From Eledone cirrhosa (taxonomy: Eukaryota), in the NCBI GenBank assembly GCA_964016885.1, contig OZ024744.1:86986001-87050000 (forward strand): a stretch of 64,000 nt of DNA, written 5' to 3'. The translations under genes and the position numbers were made by a program. Positions 1 to 13,247 of this stretch are shown here, piece by piece (the first letter of the stretch is position 1; every line of letters starts with the position of its first letter). The notes below the pieces were generated by a model that did no database searches, was not told the DNA's origin, and saw only the letters and a program-made list of their open reading frames with translations.

Positions 1-597
1 TATATATATATATATATATATGTGTGTGATTGTGTGTGTCAATGTGTGTGATTGTGTGTGTGTATGTGTGTATGTGTGTATGTGTGTGCGTATGTGTATC
101 TAGTGTGTATCTGCATCACATGTGGCTTCTTAGGTATAATAATCACATTTTACTCCTTGAAATATTTTGGAATAAGTGTATAAGAGAGAATAATTTCAAA
201 ATTTCTCTGGATGTTATTAAGGGAGTCCATTGGTTGGTTCAAACAACAATGCAGTATAAATGAAGTTGTGACATCAATTCACTACTCAGACAGTTAAATC
301 TACACGATTGAGAGACGCCATTAACTATGTGGAGCACCTCAGCAATTTCAGGTGTTCCTGCATACTTGTTGATGACATATTTAAGTCTTTAAGTCTGGCA
401 TATCTACTTTATTATTTCATTTGTTGTCTGTGATATTGGAACCGTTGTCCTTTTTAGGTTGATCTGAAGTTGGTGTCGATATGTTGTAGGCGTTTCTGTG
501 ATGTACATGCGCCTAGTGGAAGTGAAATGGTCTTTGTAGAAAATCCTGTACCAATAACTGGATGCAAAGAGAAACAAAATATGGCCATATGGCTAAA

Positions 598-696
598 AGA
601 AGAAGAAGAAGAAGAAGAAGAAGAAGAAGAAGAAGAAGAAGAAGAAGAAGAAGAAGAAGAAGGAAGAGGAGGGGGAGGAGGAGGAGGAGGAGGAGG

Positions 697-747
<51 letters not shown>

Positions 748-812
748 CGATGATGATGATGATGGTGGTGGCGACGACGCTGCTGCTGCTGCTGCTGATG
801 GTGATGATAATG
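598..812. repeat. Compound trinucleotide microsatellite (GAA)n(GGA)n(GAT)n(GCT)n
   Basis: Read directly; explains the poly-E/G/D and poly-S ORFs at 454-904. Confidence 0.95.
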
Positions 813-2074
813 ATACCAAAACCATTACTACTAATTGTGAACGCCAAGAAGAATTTCTGAATTTTAACGTCTTTAAAATTGAGATCAAGGAATTATTCCA
901 TTGAATATTTTTTTTTATTGAACACCGTGTTGATTTTGACGGGTTCTATGAAAGTATAAGCATCACTTCGGTTTCTATATCAGACAGACACCGCATTTTG
1001 TCTTTCAACTAGACAATTTATATCCCCTTGTAACATTTTAATCAGCTGGAAAAAATTAGTTAGGATAGCGCTAGTAACAGGCTGTATCAGCCTTTCTACT
1101 TACTTTGGACAACATCAGAGGCATGAGTAGGAGAGTCATTCATGCATGTTCAAGTATTGTTTTTTCCACAAAAGCACTCGGCCCGAGTTTGTGTCTCGGT
1201 GGGACAAACACGGGTTCCGTCATATATGGGTGCAAAAACCATAGTCATTCATGACAGAAGTGTGCGTAGAGGGATCTCTCTTTCCGGCAGCATGTAACCA
1301 CCTTCATTTTATGACATCTTGAGCCTAATTTTGAAATTACTCCATAGACTGTGAAGCATATTGTTATTGTTTAGCTCAGCTCAAACTTCAGCGATCAGCT
1401 CGGTGATCAAAGTCATTGAAGAAGCTACCATCCCATATTATTATCAGTGTATCTAGAACTTTTCTTGCGTACATTTATGGAAAGAATCAAGGAATTATAT
1501 GAGCTCGTTACTGGAAAATTGCTGCAGCATATAAAAGTTTTCTATGAGAAGTCATAATCTTCTCTCTCAACCTTTTCCTAATTCTGGATAAAGGAGTGAG
1601 GCTATGAAGTCTATCATCACTTTTATGATAGTATAAAATAGCCGACTCAAAGAAAGAGAACGAAACACATAGGTACAAAGATAGACAGAGAGGAAATAGA
1701 GAGAAAGAGAAAAAGAAAGAGAGAGAGAGAGTGTGAGAGAGAGGGGGAGGGGAGAGAGAGAGGGGGGGGGGGAGAAAAAGAGAGGAGGAGACAAAGACTG
1801 AGTGTGAAAGACACGAAAGTCTCATATATGAACAGAAAGACATAGAAACAGAGTGAGATTATTACTTGCCAGTACTTTACATATCATGGGAAAATGAAAG
1901 GCAATGCTAACCTCATCTGGATTTGAAATCCAAGCAGAAATAGTCGCAACAAGCATTGCATGACATACTAGTCGAGATTCATGACGCTGAAATATCACCA
2001 CTTTATATGTATATATACTTTATATATACTTAATCTTGTTTAATGTTTTATTGATGTATTGATTTCCTTACATT

Positions 2075-2264
2075 AATAATTGCTTCTATTTTAGGCACAA
2101 GGCCCGCAATTACCCAGTGCATTACTAGTACTTTATTTTATCGACCCCGTAAGGATGAAAGGCAAAGTCAACCTTGGCGGGATTTGAACTCAGATCGTAA
2201 AGGGACGTAACTATGCTGGAAAGCCTGACGTCCGACCCTCTACCGGTACTGCCAATCCACCGCC
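2075..2264 (-). mobile_element. tRNA-derived Nin-domain SINE
   Basis: Reverse complement has a tRNA-like head with B-box GAGTTCAAATCCC, the core GCCTTTCATCCTTACGGGGTCGATAAAATAAAGTAC and an (ATT)n tail; near-identical to 31831-32016. Confidence 0.85.
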
Positions 2265-2388
2265 CTTACTTTAATAATGGTTATTACTGCAATGTTGTGG
2301 TACACTTTTATATATATATATGTCGGGGTCGATAAAATAAAGTACCAGTAATGTACTGGTTAATTGCTGGCCTTGTGCCTAAAGTAGA

Positions 2389-3592
2389 AACACATCTGAA
2401 CAGTAGGAATGCCATAAGTGCAGTAAATTCCCGAGCTGTGTCTATTATTAGGTACAGTGCGGGAATTCTGAGATGGAATGTTGCTGAACAAAAAGACATG
2501 GATAGGAAGACTAGGAAACTATTGACTATCTACAACATGTTCCACAAGAGGAGTGATGTCGATAGACTCTACTTAAGGAGATCTGAAGGTGGAAGAGGTC
2601 TTATCAGCATAGAGGACTGTGTTCAGATGGAGAAAAACAACCTGCACAAATACGTGACTGACAGTAGGGAGCCAATGCTCAAAATTGTACTGAAGGAGAA
2701 GACAATAGACCAGGGGATGTCCAAGGAGGAAATAATAACAAGGAGGAAGAACAACCTTCATGAAATATCCCTTCATAGTACCTTCTTTGAAAAAATTGAA
2801 TTTAGAGACCCATAAACATGGAACTGGTTGAAAAGAGGAGACCTTAAAAAGGCTACAGAAGGAATGCTAATGGCTGTGCAAGAGCAGGCCCTCAAAACGA
2901 AGTGGGTGAAACACCATATTTACAAGGAGGAGGCTAGCCCATGGTGTAGGATCTGTGGAGAGAGAGAGGAGACTGTGGCTCACATTGTATCCGAGTGTAA
3001 ACACCTAGCCCAGACTCACTATAAGGGCTGGAGACATGATGTGATAGGCAGGGTGATCCACTGGCACCTATGCAAATTAAACAATTTACCACATTCTGAG
3101 AAGTGGTATGAGCATAAGCCAGAGTCGGGGATACAAAACGATCAGGTAAAGGTGCTGTGGGATTTTAGGATACAGACGGACAAGAAACTGGAACAGAATA
3201 TACCTGACCTGGTGGTTTTGGACAAGGAAAAAAGATCGTGTCTGATTGTAGATGTAGCCTGCCCATTCGACACGAGAGTGCAAGAAAAGGAGAGGGAGAA
3301 AATTAACCGATACCAGGACTTAAAGTGAGGTAAAAAGGATTTGAAACTGCCATGAAGTCAAAGTGGTCCCGATTGTCATAGGCGCACTAGGTACTATCTG
3401 AAAGAGTTTCCAAGGATGGTTAAAGAAAATTAGTCCAGCCCCGTTTTTTTGGAACACTTCAAAAGGCATGCTTGCTGGGAACAGCAAGAACCCTCCCATA
3501 CGTCCTGAATATCTGGGGCTGCAGGTAGTGGCTTGATATTCATTTCAATAAACTTTCCAGTTAAATAACATCAATGACTGAGACTCAAAGAA
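2389..3592 (+). mobile_element. 5'-truncated Dong/R4-clade RLE non-LTR retrotransposon (pseudogenised)
   Basis: ORFs 2351-2815 and 2828-3328 carry RLYLRRSEGGRGL, CRICGEREETVAHIVSEC (CCHC), RHD and PDLVVLDK...IVDVACP (PD-D/E-xK RLE); in-frame stops; ends in (AAT)n; its 5' end abuts a SINE 3' fragment (2324-2388). Confidence 0.9.
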
Positions 3593-3593
3593 C

Positions 3594-3626
<33 letters not shown>

Positions 3627-3830
3627 TTGAAATTGAGAAAATATGGCACCTCAAGGCCGTTACAATACCAGAAATTGTGGGAGGACTGGGAATGATCAAG
3701 AAAGGAACAGAACAATATTTGCGAATGATTCCTGGTTTACCCTCTCTGCACGAGGTGCAACATATTGTTTTGACTGGTACTGCACACGTATTGAGAAGAA
3801 AACTATCTCTGTCAGATTGATATCCCTCCT
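3627..3830 (+). mobile_element. 3' fragment of a second Dong/R4-like family
   Basis: Translates FEIEKIWHLKAVTIPEIVGGLGMIKKG...IVLTGTAHVLRRKLSL, an R4-type C-terminus; lies directly after the (AAT)n run. Confidence 0.75.
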
Positions 3831-3888
3831 TGTATTTACATATGCATATGCACATGTGTATATATATATATATACTTTTAATAATAAT

Positions 3889-6800
3889 GCTTTCTTTATT
3901 AACCACGAGGGTTTACACAAAGTAAGACATTAAGGACAATACAGGACAATAAAGGACACTACAAATGGGCATTTCTGCGTGTAAAAAATAAAAACAGAGG
4001 CTGTAACAGAAAAGCAACAATGAAAAATTCCCCAGTAGGGGGGAGACCTCCAAGGGGCATTCGTGGAAAAAGCCCATTAAAAAAGCCACGGTGACCATGA
4101 CCACCAGGGCAAGTGCCCTCTTCCAGTTTTCCACCTTCAATTTACAGGCGCACACTCGGGCCATGCTTGCCTCACTCACCCTTCGTTCCACAAAATGCTG
4201 GGAAGAGAGCACCTCCCTCTCCACCCTGATTTTCCTTTCAAATGAAATTTGAAAAAGTTAATCAGGACATCACTGAAGATGCAAGTGTTCGTCTTCAGCC
4301 TTTTCAAACGTGTCCACCACACCATCTCTTTCGCCATGGCCACCAGACAGATAAAAACTGCCTGCCATTCCGGGATAAAGGAAGAGGGTGGGGCTATCCT
4401 CACGATGGACTCAGCTGATAGCCGGATCCGTCCTACACGCGACAGCAGGTGTTCGACATAAACCCACAAGTCAGCAATGCTCGGACACTGTAGGAGTGCG
4501 TGCAGAAAGGTCTCGTCGCCCTGTGGGCATCTCGGACATGCCCGGCTCACGGCACTTCCATTCCTGTAGTGTTGATCCCGAACTGGCAAAGCTCCTCGGT
4601 AGCACTGCCAGGTCAGGGATTTCTGGAAGTTGTCGATTGGCCCTTGCCCGAAAGTTCTCCCGAAGAGATTGGCTAGTTGATTTTCGTCGACGCCTAGAGT
4701 TTCCGTCGTCGCTCTTCCCCTCCACTAATACTCTATAGAGAGCCGAGGTGGAGGTTCCATCGATCGAAATGCCCGACTAGTCGAGGGCTGTGAGCGCCTG
4801 AAGTCATTCCTGTCTCCAAGCGCTCCCTCTCGGTCTTCTTTTGACTGCAGCTCCGTCAAGGATACGAGCTGGGGAAAGACGCGTCTAGCAAACGGCGACC
4901 ACACCTCATCACCTTCGAGGAAGAGTGGAGATGTTGTACCTCAGCGCATGTCTGCGCATCATCAGCCACGGCATGCCCTGCCCTCCAAGTAGCGGGTATT
5001 AACAGCAGATGGACCGTCTGACCATCGAAAAGCGAAAGAGCAAACGTTCCAGCGCAGTCAGTAGAGGCTTAGGACAAGGCACGTCGGTCAGGCGGTAGTA
5101 GATGACGGACGCGATGTACGCATTCTCCACCTCCGCACGACCTTTCAGGGATGGCTTCCTCTCTGCCCATTTCTGGGTGAGAGAAGCCACCCTTCTCGTC
5201 ACCTCGTCCCAGTTTTTGTCCGTCTGGAAGTCTGGACACAAGCAGACCCCTAGCAATTTAACCGGTCCATCCCTCCAGTGCCCGACAACGCTATTGGACG
5301 GCATAGACCTACGTCTCCAGGTTCCGAGCTGCAGGCCCACCGACGTTTCCTGATTGATCATTGCTCCTGTCACCGCCTCGTATTCTTTTAGTGTAGTGCC
5401 AATCGCCTCGATGTGTTTGGCCTTCGACACCACTACAGTGACATCGTCTGCATATGCTGACACGGATCTTCCGCATCCCAGTTCGCGCGGGACGCTTCTC
5501 AACGTATCCAGTTTGCGTAGTAATGGTTCGAGGGTCAATATATACAAAAGGGACGAGAGGGGACATTCTTGGCGGACCGAGCGCATGATGTTGAACGGTT
5601 CCGAAAGGTGACCGTTCACTCTTACCACAGAGCAGATGTCGCTGTGCATGGCAGTGATCCAGCCTCTGAAGACGAGCCCAAATCCATCCCGCCTCAGGAC
5701 TGCCGCCAGATAACGATGGTCGACCCTAGCGAAAGCTTTCGACTGAGCCAAATTGATCAAGGACCCACCCGTGCCAGGTTCTCTAGCTACCCTCTCCACG
5801 ATGTATCGCATGAGGTGGAGGTTGTCGTGGATGGATCTGTCGGGAATGGCGCATGTCTGCGCCTCTCCCACCAGACCACCAACGACAAGCGCCAACCTTT
5901 TTGCTAGCACCTTGGCCAAAGTCTTGAACTCTGTGTTTAGCTGAATTATGGGCCTGAAATTATCTATGTTATCCCCCTTGTTCGGATCCTTTCTGAGCAG
6001 CTCCACAGCTCCTCGACTCACAAAGTTGGATATTCTCCCGTTCTGTTGCCAGTTGCAGTAGACGTCCGCCAAGAGGCCTCCGAAAAAGTCTGGCATGTGT
6101 ACGTAAAGTTCGTAGGGCAGACCATCCAAACCAGGCGATTTACCCCTTATGCAGCCAGTCATTGCCTCTCGTACTTCAGCGGCTGTTATCGGCTTTTCGC
6201 AACACTCCGCCTCAGTGGCCGAGAGCCGCGGCAGTCCATCGAGGTAGGCACTAAAGCCAATCCTGCGATCCAGCACGCCGCTGGCCACCAACAGTTGGGC
6301 AAAGTGTCGCAGAAAATCTTCACACATTTTCCCGGGATCGTTTAGCATGCGCCCGTCTTGGTCCAACAAAGACCAGTTCGTGGCTTTGTTGCCACGACGC
6401 GCCTCCGCCACACGGACCCATTGAACGGCTTTTGTTCCCTCGTGTTTGAGAGCACGCACCCTCGCTCTGACAACGCAGCCTTCGTGCTTTGCATTGAAGA
6501 ATTGGTCGATGGCCAATTTCGCCTCAACGGTGTCGGTCGCGATGGCTTTACTAAGCGCCTCATCTAATTTTCTAAATAGTTCTCTAATTTTCGCTATTGC
6601 TAACGCCTTACTAAACCTAATGGACTCTATTCTAATCGCTCTTTTCAAAGCAAACCACAATTTGTTGTTGATGATGGCTCCCGTCAACGCCTGCTTAACT
6701 ACTTCGCTAATCCGGTCTCTGTAGGCTTGCGCGCTGTTAACGACGCGTTTAGCTTCCAGTAGCCGGGTCCCTGTCTATGAAGCCTATCTAAGTCAACCTG

Positions 6801-9730
6801 ACAGATCACGAATTTGGGGTGCGTGTAGTCGACTATTTTGAATTGCGGTCAGCCTATGCTAGACCTCTATATTTCCGTACAAAATACCCTATCTAGATAT
6901 TATCTGGATGGCCCGATGTGGTTTGTCCATATCCACATTGGCACATTCGTGAAATACAGACGTTACTTGTCAGACAGTTGAAACCGTCTGAGCATGTTTG
7001 CGAGGCTTTTACTCCCTCCACCCGAATCCACTAATGCCACGCAGTCCCAGCGTGCATCTAAGATTCCGTTCCTGTCGCCCAGTAACACTAAAGAGCGGGA
7101 CGTTCCAAGAAGTTCTCCAGACACAGGAAGAATTCAGGCCGCCCTGCTCCTGTCGAGGCATAGACGGCCACTAGCCTGAAAGCTTGCCCGTCTCTGCTGC
7201 TCACGTCCAGCACCACCAACTTCCCTTCTGGCTCCAGGAAGATGGCCCCTTATGGCGTGATCCAAGCCTCTTCAAAAAAGGACAGCAACTCCTCCCTCCG
7301 ATTCTGGAAGGTTGGGAGATGCGTATACATTGTAGCCGCCGAAGATCGGTGCGAAGGCTCATGCTTCGGAGATTCTGGTCTCGCTGATGGCCACCACATC
7401 TATGTTTAGTGACCTGAGGTCGCTGAGCAGGTGGCCCTGCTTCCATGACGACCCCAGGCCACGCGCATTTATGCTGCCTATTCTGAGTGAGGTCATGTTG
7501 AAAAGGAGTGGAAAAAGATGGGAAAAACCACTTACCTCACTTCTTGTGGACGAAGGATGTTTTTTCCGTCCTTCTCACTGCTTGTGGTCCCTTCCGGAAG
7601 GATGTCTTTATTAATCCTCCTGGAAAGTGTTTGTCGGAAGTCTCCGATGTCATTGGGGAATTTTAATTTTAGTGCCGTGTATGTTTTCTGTGTGAAGCGA
7701 GTGATTTGTATGTGTTGGGGTGGTGTGAATTTTTGGGGTGTTGTATAGTCTTTTTCTGTTGGATGTAGTGTAATAATTGTTTGTTGTTAAAATGTAATGC
7801 TGTGTAGTGTGTATTGTTTTGGTTGCTTTGTTTTGTTTGCGTTTGTTGTGGGTTTGTTTCTGTTTCGCTTGTTGGTGATTTTTGTGGTGTTGTGGTTAAT
7901 GATGGTGATGGTGATGCTGCTTGTGGTGATGGGGCTGGTGATGCTGGTGTGGATGGTGGCATAGTTGTCTTAACTTTTTTGTTTGTTTGTTTGTTTCGCC
8001 CTGCATTTTGTTTTTGGAGGGCGAAGGAAGAGGATTTTTTTCTTTTTCGGTTTCTTTTTTTTTTCTTTTTTCCAGTTTCCCACTCCTACTGTCCTCACAA
8101 TCTGTCTTCAGTTGCGATAGTTCAGGGAGTAGAAAATCCTCCACAGGCTTTGGATTTGGTTGTGGCGTGATGATTGGTGGGGGCGCTGGTGCTAATTCTG
8201 GAGCATTGGGTGGTGGTGGTGATGGAGGTGGTTTTGCTACTGTTGCTGCTACAGTTGCTTCTGTTGTTGCTGCTACAGTTCTTGCTGCAATTTCTGGTGC
8301 CGGTGTTGATGGTTGAGTCAATGGGGTGGGCAGGAGAGGTGGCCTCAACTTTTTAGCCTGAGGTCAGAAAGCCTATAGGTGGGTTCCTTCGCCATAAACG
8401 ACACACTTAGGCCTTCTACCCTCAACCATTACGATGAGGTGGCTGCCGCCATTGAGGTCTATCACCTCTGGAATTTCCTGTATGTTTTTTTGGTCCGCTT
8501 GGATCAGGAGCTCCATCCCAGATCCGGACCAGTTCTCCTGCTTTATTTTTATCAACTCAATTACTTTTATGTCGGCCTCGATGTCGGCGAGGACGGCAGC
8601 CATTAGCCAGGAAATTTCAATGGCCGGGGGAAACTGGGTCACCCTGATCCTTACTAGCCTCTGACCACAATAGCTTGGGACGAGTGTGAACTCGTCACTT
8701 TTTAATGGGGCCATGGAGTGCTCTCTGGCTTCCTGTGGGGTTCCAAAGAACACGTCCACTGTTCCATATTTTTGCCCACATCTGATGTGGGTTTTGGGGC
8801 CCACACATGTCGCAAAGCTTTTTGTATCTGGGACTCGGATGCCCGTTCCACTCGGCGTGTTTTAATATTTATTGTGCGATATGACACGGTGCATAGGCGC
8901 CGATGGTATTAGATGGGGGGGGGGGGGGATGCTGACCATGTAACCATATTTTTTTACTATTCGCTTGGCTTTATTTTATTCTTCCTGGCTTACCTCAACC
9001 GTTTCGATTTTGTTTGCTGCTTTAGCAATTGACACATTTGGTTTTGCGTTGGTATTGATGTTGTTGTTATTCTTATTGTTGTTGTTGTTGCTGTTGTTGT
9101 TATTGCTATTTTTGTTATTATTATTTTTAGTTTCAGTTGTCGTGGTGGTGGTGGTTGTGTCAGTCGCGTTCGGCGTGGAAGAGTCGATTTTGGGAGAATC
9201 CATTTCGATTTCACGAGAATAATTTATTTATTTATTTTTTGTTTCAGTTGTTGCTGTGGTGGTGGTGGTGGTGGTGGTGGTATCAGTGGTGTTGTTGTTT
9301 TTTTTTTTACAGTGTGGTGGTTGGGATGGCGGCTTTAACACCTCTAGACATTGGTAATGGTGGGAAATCCATGTCTGGATGTGACAAATCTAAATAATTG
9401 CCACTGCTATTACTTATATTTTCAGTGTTGGTAACCGTAGCAAGGTTTACAACGGTGGTGGTCGTGGGAGAGGTTAGTCTATCATAAACGCTGTCAGCAG
9501 ATTTGGGTAGCTGAATGTTATTTTTTTTAAAGAAATTTTTATATGATAAAATAATGTTTAAAATTTTGGCTCAAGGCCCCAATAGTATTGAGTGTCCTTT
9601 TAAGAAAGCAATACATGAGAACTTATAAACACTTAACAACAAAATATTTCCATAACTGGCAATTTGAAACAACTGAAAACAACAAACCTTTGTGGAGCTC
9701 ATGATAATATGATTTCATACGTAGGTCGCC
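3889..9730 (-). mobile_element. Full-length but degenerate Tx1-clade LINE (copy A)
   Basis: RT ORF 4999-6687 (KSPGLDG, NFRPI, YADD); APE remnants to ATG ~7496; C-terminal CPRC..ETFLHALLQC; ORF1 fragments 7532-9200; AATAAA at the 3' end; (TTA)n at both ends. Confidence 0.92.
4999..6687 (-). pseudogene. Tx1 ORF2 reverse transcriptase fragment
   Basis: 562 aa open segment closely similar to the intact ORF2 at 49230-52640; frameshifts on either side. Confidence 0.9.
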
Positions 9731-9747
9731 AATAATAATAATATTAA

Positions 9748-9891
9748 TACAAGGACGATTCGTTAAGCCTACATTACGTTCACTGATTGGTGACGCGCGT
9801 TTCGCTATTGAACAGCTCAAGGTTCGATTAATAGAGAAACGCGCGTCACCAATCAATAAAAGTAATGAAGCCATAACAGATCGTCCTTGTA
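9748..9891. mobile_element. Palindromic MITE with TA ends (Tc1/mariner-type)
   Basis: TACAAGGACGAT...ATCGTCCTTGTA termini; internal arms TGATTGGTGACGCGCGTTTC / GAAACGCGCGTCACCAATCA. Confidence 0.7.
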
Positions 9892-10000
9892 TTATTATAT
9901 TTACTCTCTGCTTAGCCGTACACCTCGCTACAGACAAGAATCTAAACATAGTGTGCTTACCTGGGTGAACATACAATAGCTTCACATTACATTCCCTGCG

Positions 10001-10313
<313 letters not shown>

Positions 10314-10945
10314 CATCATCATCATCATTTTACGTACGCTTTTCCCTGTTGGCAAGAGTGGGACGGCACAGCATCTCTTCACTTGTCACTGTCCTTCGTC
10401 ATTTCGTGAGCTGCTGCGATCCGCTCGTACCACCTCCGCCCATGGTTTTCGTGGTCTTCCTCTACTATCTACGTCTTCCTTCTACTGGCATTTCTTGGCA
10501 CTTCGTTACCCAGCGGTCGTCCTCCATGCGCATCACATGTCCATACCAATGCAGTCTTCTCCTACGCACACTACAGAATATCCCTCTTATACATAGTTTC
10601 TCTCTCAACTCATCCATGCTTGGTCGTTCACGTACATTGACATTACAAATCCAACGGAGCATGCTTGCTTCATTTCTCTCCAACCGTTGCATATCCTCTG
10701 CAGTTGCTGCCCATGTCTCACTACCATGCAGCATCGAGCATCTCACATATTACCAGTCTTTCGTACGCAAGGAGAAATCCTTCTTTGTCAGCAGAGGAAG
10801 CAGCTCCCTAAACTTCTTCCAACCCGCCCTTATTCTAGATAATATGGCCTCAGAACATCCCCCTCCCATGTTAATTTGAACACCTAGGTACCGCAAACTA
10901 TCAACCACTTCGATAGAACCTACTTGCATTTGAAAACTGTGTCTA
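10314..10945 (-). mobile_element. RTE-clade LINE 3' fragment
   Basis: MLHGSETWA...ERNEASMLRWIC...RRRRLHWYGHVMRM; (GAT)n tail on the element strand. Confidence 0.85.
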
Positions 10946-10974
10946 CCACTGCGACTTCTACTATATATATCTAG

Positions 10975-11540
10975 GGCGGGTAAAATTCCCGAGATCCATG
11001 GACGAGTTCTCTCCAGCGGTCTCTGTCCCTCATTATCGCTGCCATATCCTGCGTCTCCAACAGACCAGTGTCTGTCCTTAGGGTATCAACATACGTTAAC
11101 CTTGATCTTCATCTTCTAGTGTGTCCATGTAGGGGCTCCCACAAGAGCACTGAGTGCAGTGTCATCTCTGGATGACGGTGAGCATGTCCAGCTAACCTCA
11201 ATCTCCTCTGTGTCACTTTTGAGTTTACTTTTGGGAAGCTCCCATACAGCTCTGTATACTGATATACTGCTCTGTATACAGTGTATACTGATTAATGTTC
11301 AAAACCATCCTCAGCATTCTCGTGTAGCACCCATCCACCATCTGAGTGAGTTTCTTGGTCAGTGTCCAAGTCTCAGACCCGTACAGCAGCACAGACTCCA
11401 CTACAGCAATGAAGAGGCGGATCTTCAGTTCTTCACGAAGATCCGACTTCCACACCGATATCAAACTGTGGCACGCCGCCCAGGCTTTGCTCTTCCTCTC
11501 AAGCACATCATCTTCCGTATTCCCAATCTTTGCTCCCAAA
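10975..11540 (-). mobile_element. RTE/RTE-X/Proto2-like LINE 3' fragment
   Basis: LKIRLFIAVVESVLLYGSETWTLTK...DGCYTRMLRMVLNI. Confidence 0.75.
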
Positions 11541-11551
11541 TATATATATAT

Positions 11552-11760
11552 GGAAAAAGCGTCAGGACCGCGACAGCAGAGCTCAGGCCATTTCGACAGC
11601 TATTTCTGGACTAAAATAGCCAAATAGCCGTCGTAACGGCTTGAGCTTTGCCGTCGGGGTCCTGACTCTTTTCTTATTACCCACTCTATTACTACCCAAA
11701 GTATCGAGTACTCTGGTGAGTTATGGTTCACCTGGTTCCTTACCACACTTCCTTCGTTAT
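11552..11760 (-). mobile_element. Hairpin-ended TA-flanked repeat (family H), copy 1
   Basis: Homologous to 14895-15127, 22941-23135 and 44581-44768; imperfect hairpin 11561-11666. Confidence 0.7.
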
Positions 11761-12381
11761 ATATATATATATATATTTATTAAAATAACAGATTGCACTA
11801 CGGTTCTTATATATTTGATATATATTTATCCTTATCGAGATCTCTTTGGATTTTAGTCTTCAAATTTATTATTATTACTATATATATATGAGGGTGGGGT
11901 TTGCGTGCATATGTGTGTGGGTGAGTGTGTGTATCTTTGTGCGCGTGTGCGTTGTGTGTGTGCAACTGCATCAGCGTGTCCATACATGTTCGCGTTTATG
12001 TCGCATAACGCAGTAGCATGATAAAACGAAAAGGGTAAAATAAATACTAGGTCGATATAATCGACGTAAATTCCCGTTACGATTGTTCCCCAGTGTGACC
12101 AAAGTCTGATGACAGAACTCGACAAAAGAATAAAGAAATTAAAGAATAATTCGGGGGTATATTCTTCATAGGGTCCATTCAGATAGGTAGTTATCCTCAT
12201 AATAAAGGATGCGAATGTAAAGGCTCCTCTAATTCACGAGCATCTACCCGGATACCCGGATATGTGAAATGAAGTATCACTTTAAGGGCTAGTCATGTTG
12301 AAAGTATTTTTGAAGTACATTTGTAAAAGAATAATTTGTAATCGAGAGGAGAAATCGAGAGGCAGCTTAGAGGTGTACACT

Positions 12382-12499
<118 letters not shown>

Positions 12500-12771
12500 A
12501 AAACGGAAAAAATGAAACGAAATTTCATTTCTCACTCTTAGTACGGCTGTTACTTAAATATAAGTATGTACACGTACATACATATATGCATACAGACGTA
12601 CAGTAGTATGTATATATATATATATACATACATGCACACATATATATATGTATGTATGGATTCACCGAACATTTATTATAATGCTCGGTGTGTTTGTAAA
12701 CAAACATCCCGAATTAAGCCGTATAGTGTCTAGCAACCATCGTTGCTCATTTGTTCAACACTGACAAAGGA

Positions 12772-12814
12772 ACGCTGTACTAGTTTCAAACTTATTAGCT
12801 ATCCTCAGCAACGT
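12772..12814 (-). ncRNA. Minimal type-I hammerhead ribozyme
   Basis: Minus strand ACGUUG-CUGAGGA-UAGCUAAUAAGUUU-GAAA-CUAG-UA|CAGCGU: complete core, palindromic stem III ACUAGU, GUA cleavage triplet. Confidence 0.85.
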
Positions 12815-13204
12815 ATACCTTCCTGCCAGATAGTTGAACGTCTGAAAGTATATACTTTCCTTATGCATATTAACGGCTGAGCAGCCTAATTTGCATATCG
12901 AGTGAGTTAATCGGCCGGGGTACCGAATATGATAAACGGCAAAAATGAAACGAAATTTCATTTCTCACTCTTAGTATGGCTGTTACTTAAATATAAGTAT
13001 GTACACGTACATACATATATGTATACAGACGTACAGTAGTATGTATATATATATACATACATGCACACATATATATATATATGTACGTATAGATTCACCA
13101 AACATTTATTATAATGCTCGGTGTGTTTGTAAACAAACATCACGAATTAAGCCGTACAGTGTCTAGCAACCATCGTTGCTCATTTGTTCAACACTGACAA
13201 AGGA

Positions 13205-13247
13205 ACGCTGTACTAGTTTCAAACTTATTAGCTATCCTCAGCAACGT
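13205..13247 (-). ncRNA. Minimal type-I hammerhead ribozyme
   Basis: Identical to 12772-12814, one 433-bp unit away. Confidence 0.85.

Noticed and set aside
454-904. Poly-E/G/D and poly-S ORFs
   Set aside because: Open only because of trinucleotide microsatellites; non-ATG starts and no domain
2351-2815. 154-aa ORF as a novel fusion protein
   Set aside because: The ATG comes from a SINE fragment joined by chance to a truncated Dong element with downstream stops
12101-12150. CTGATGA...GAAA near 12106
   Set aside because: No pairing for stems I, II or III
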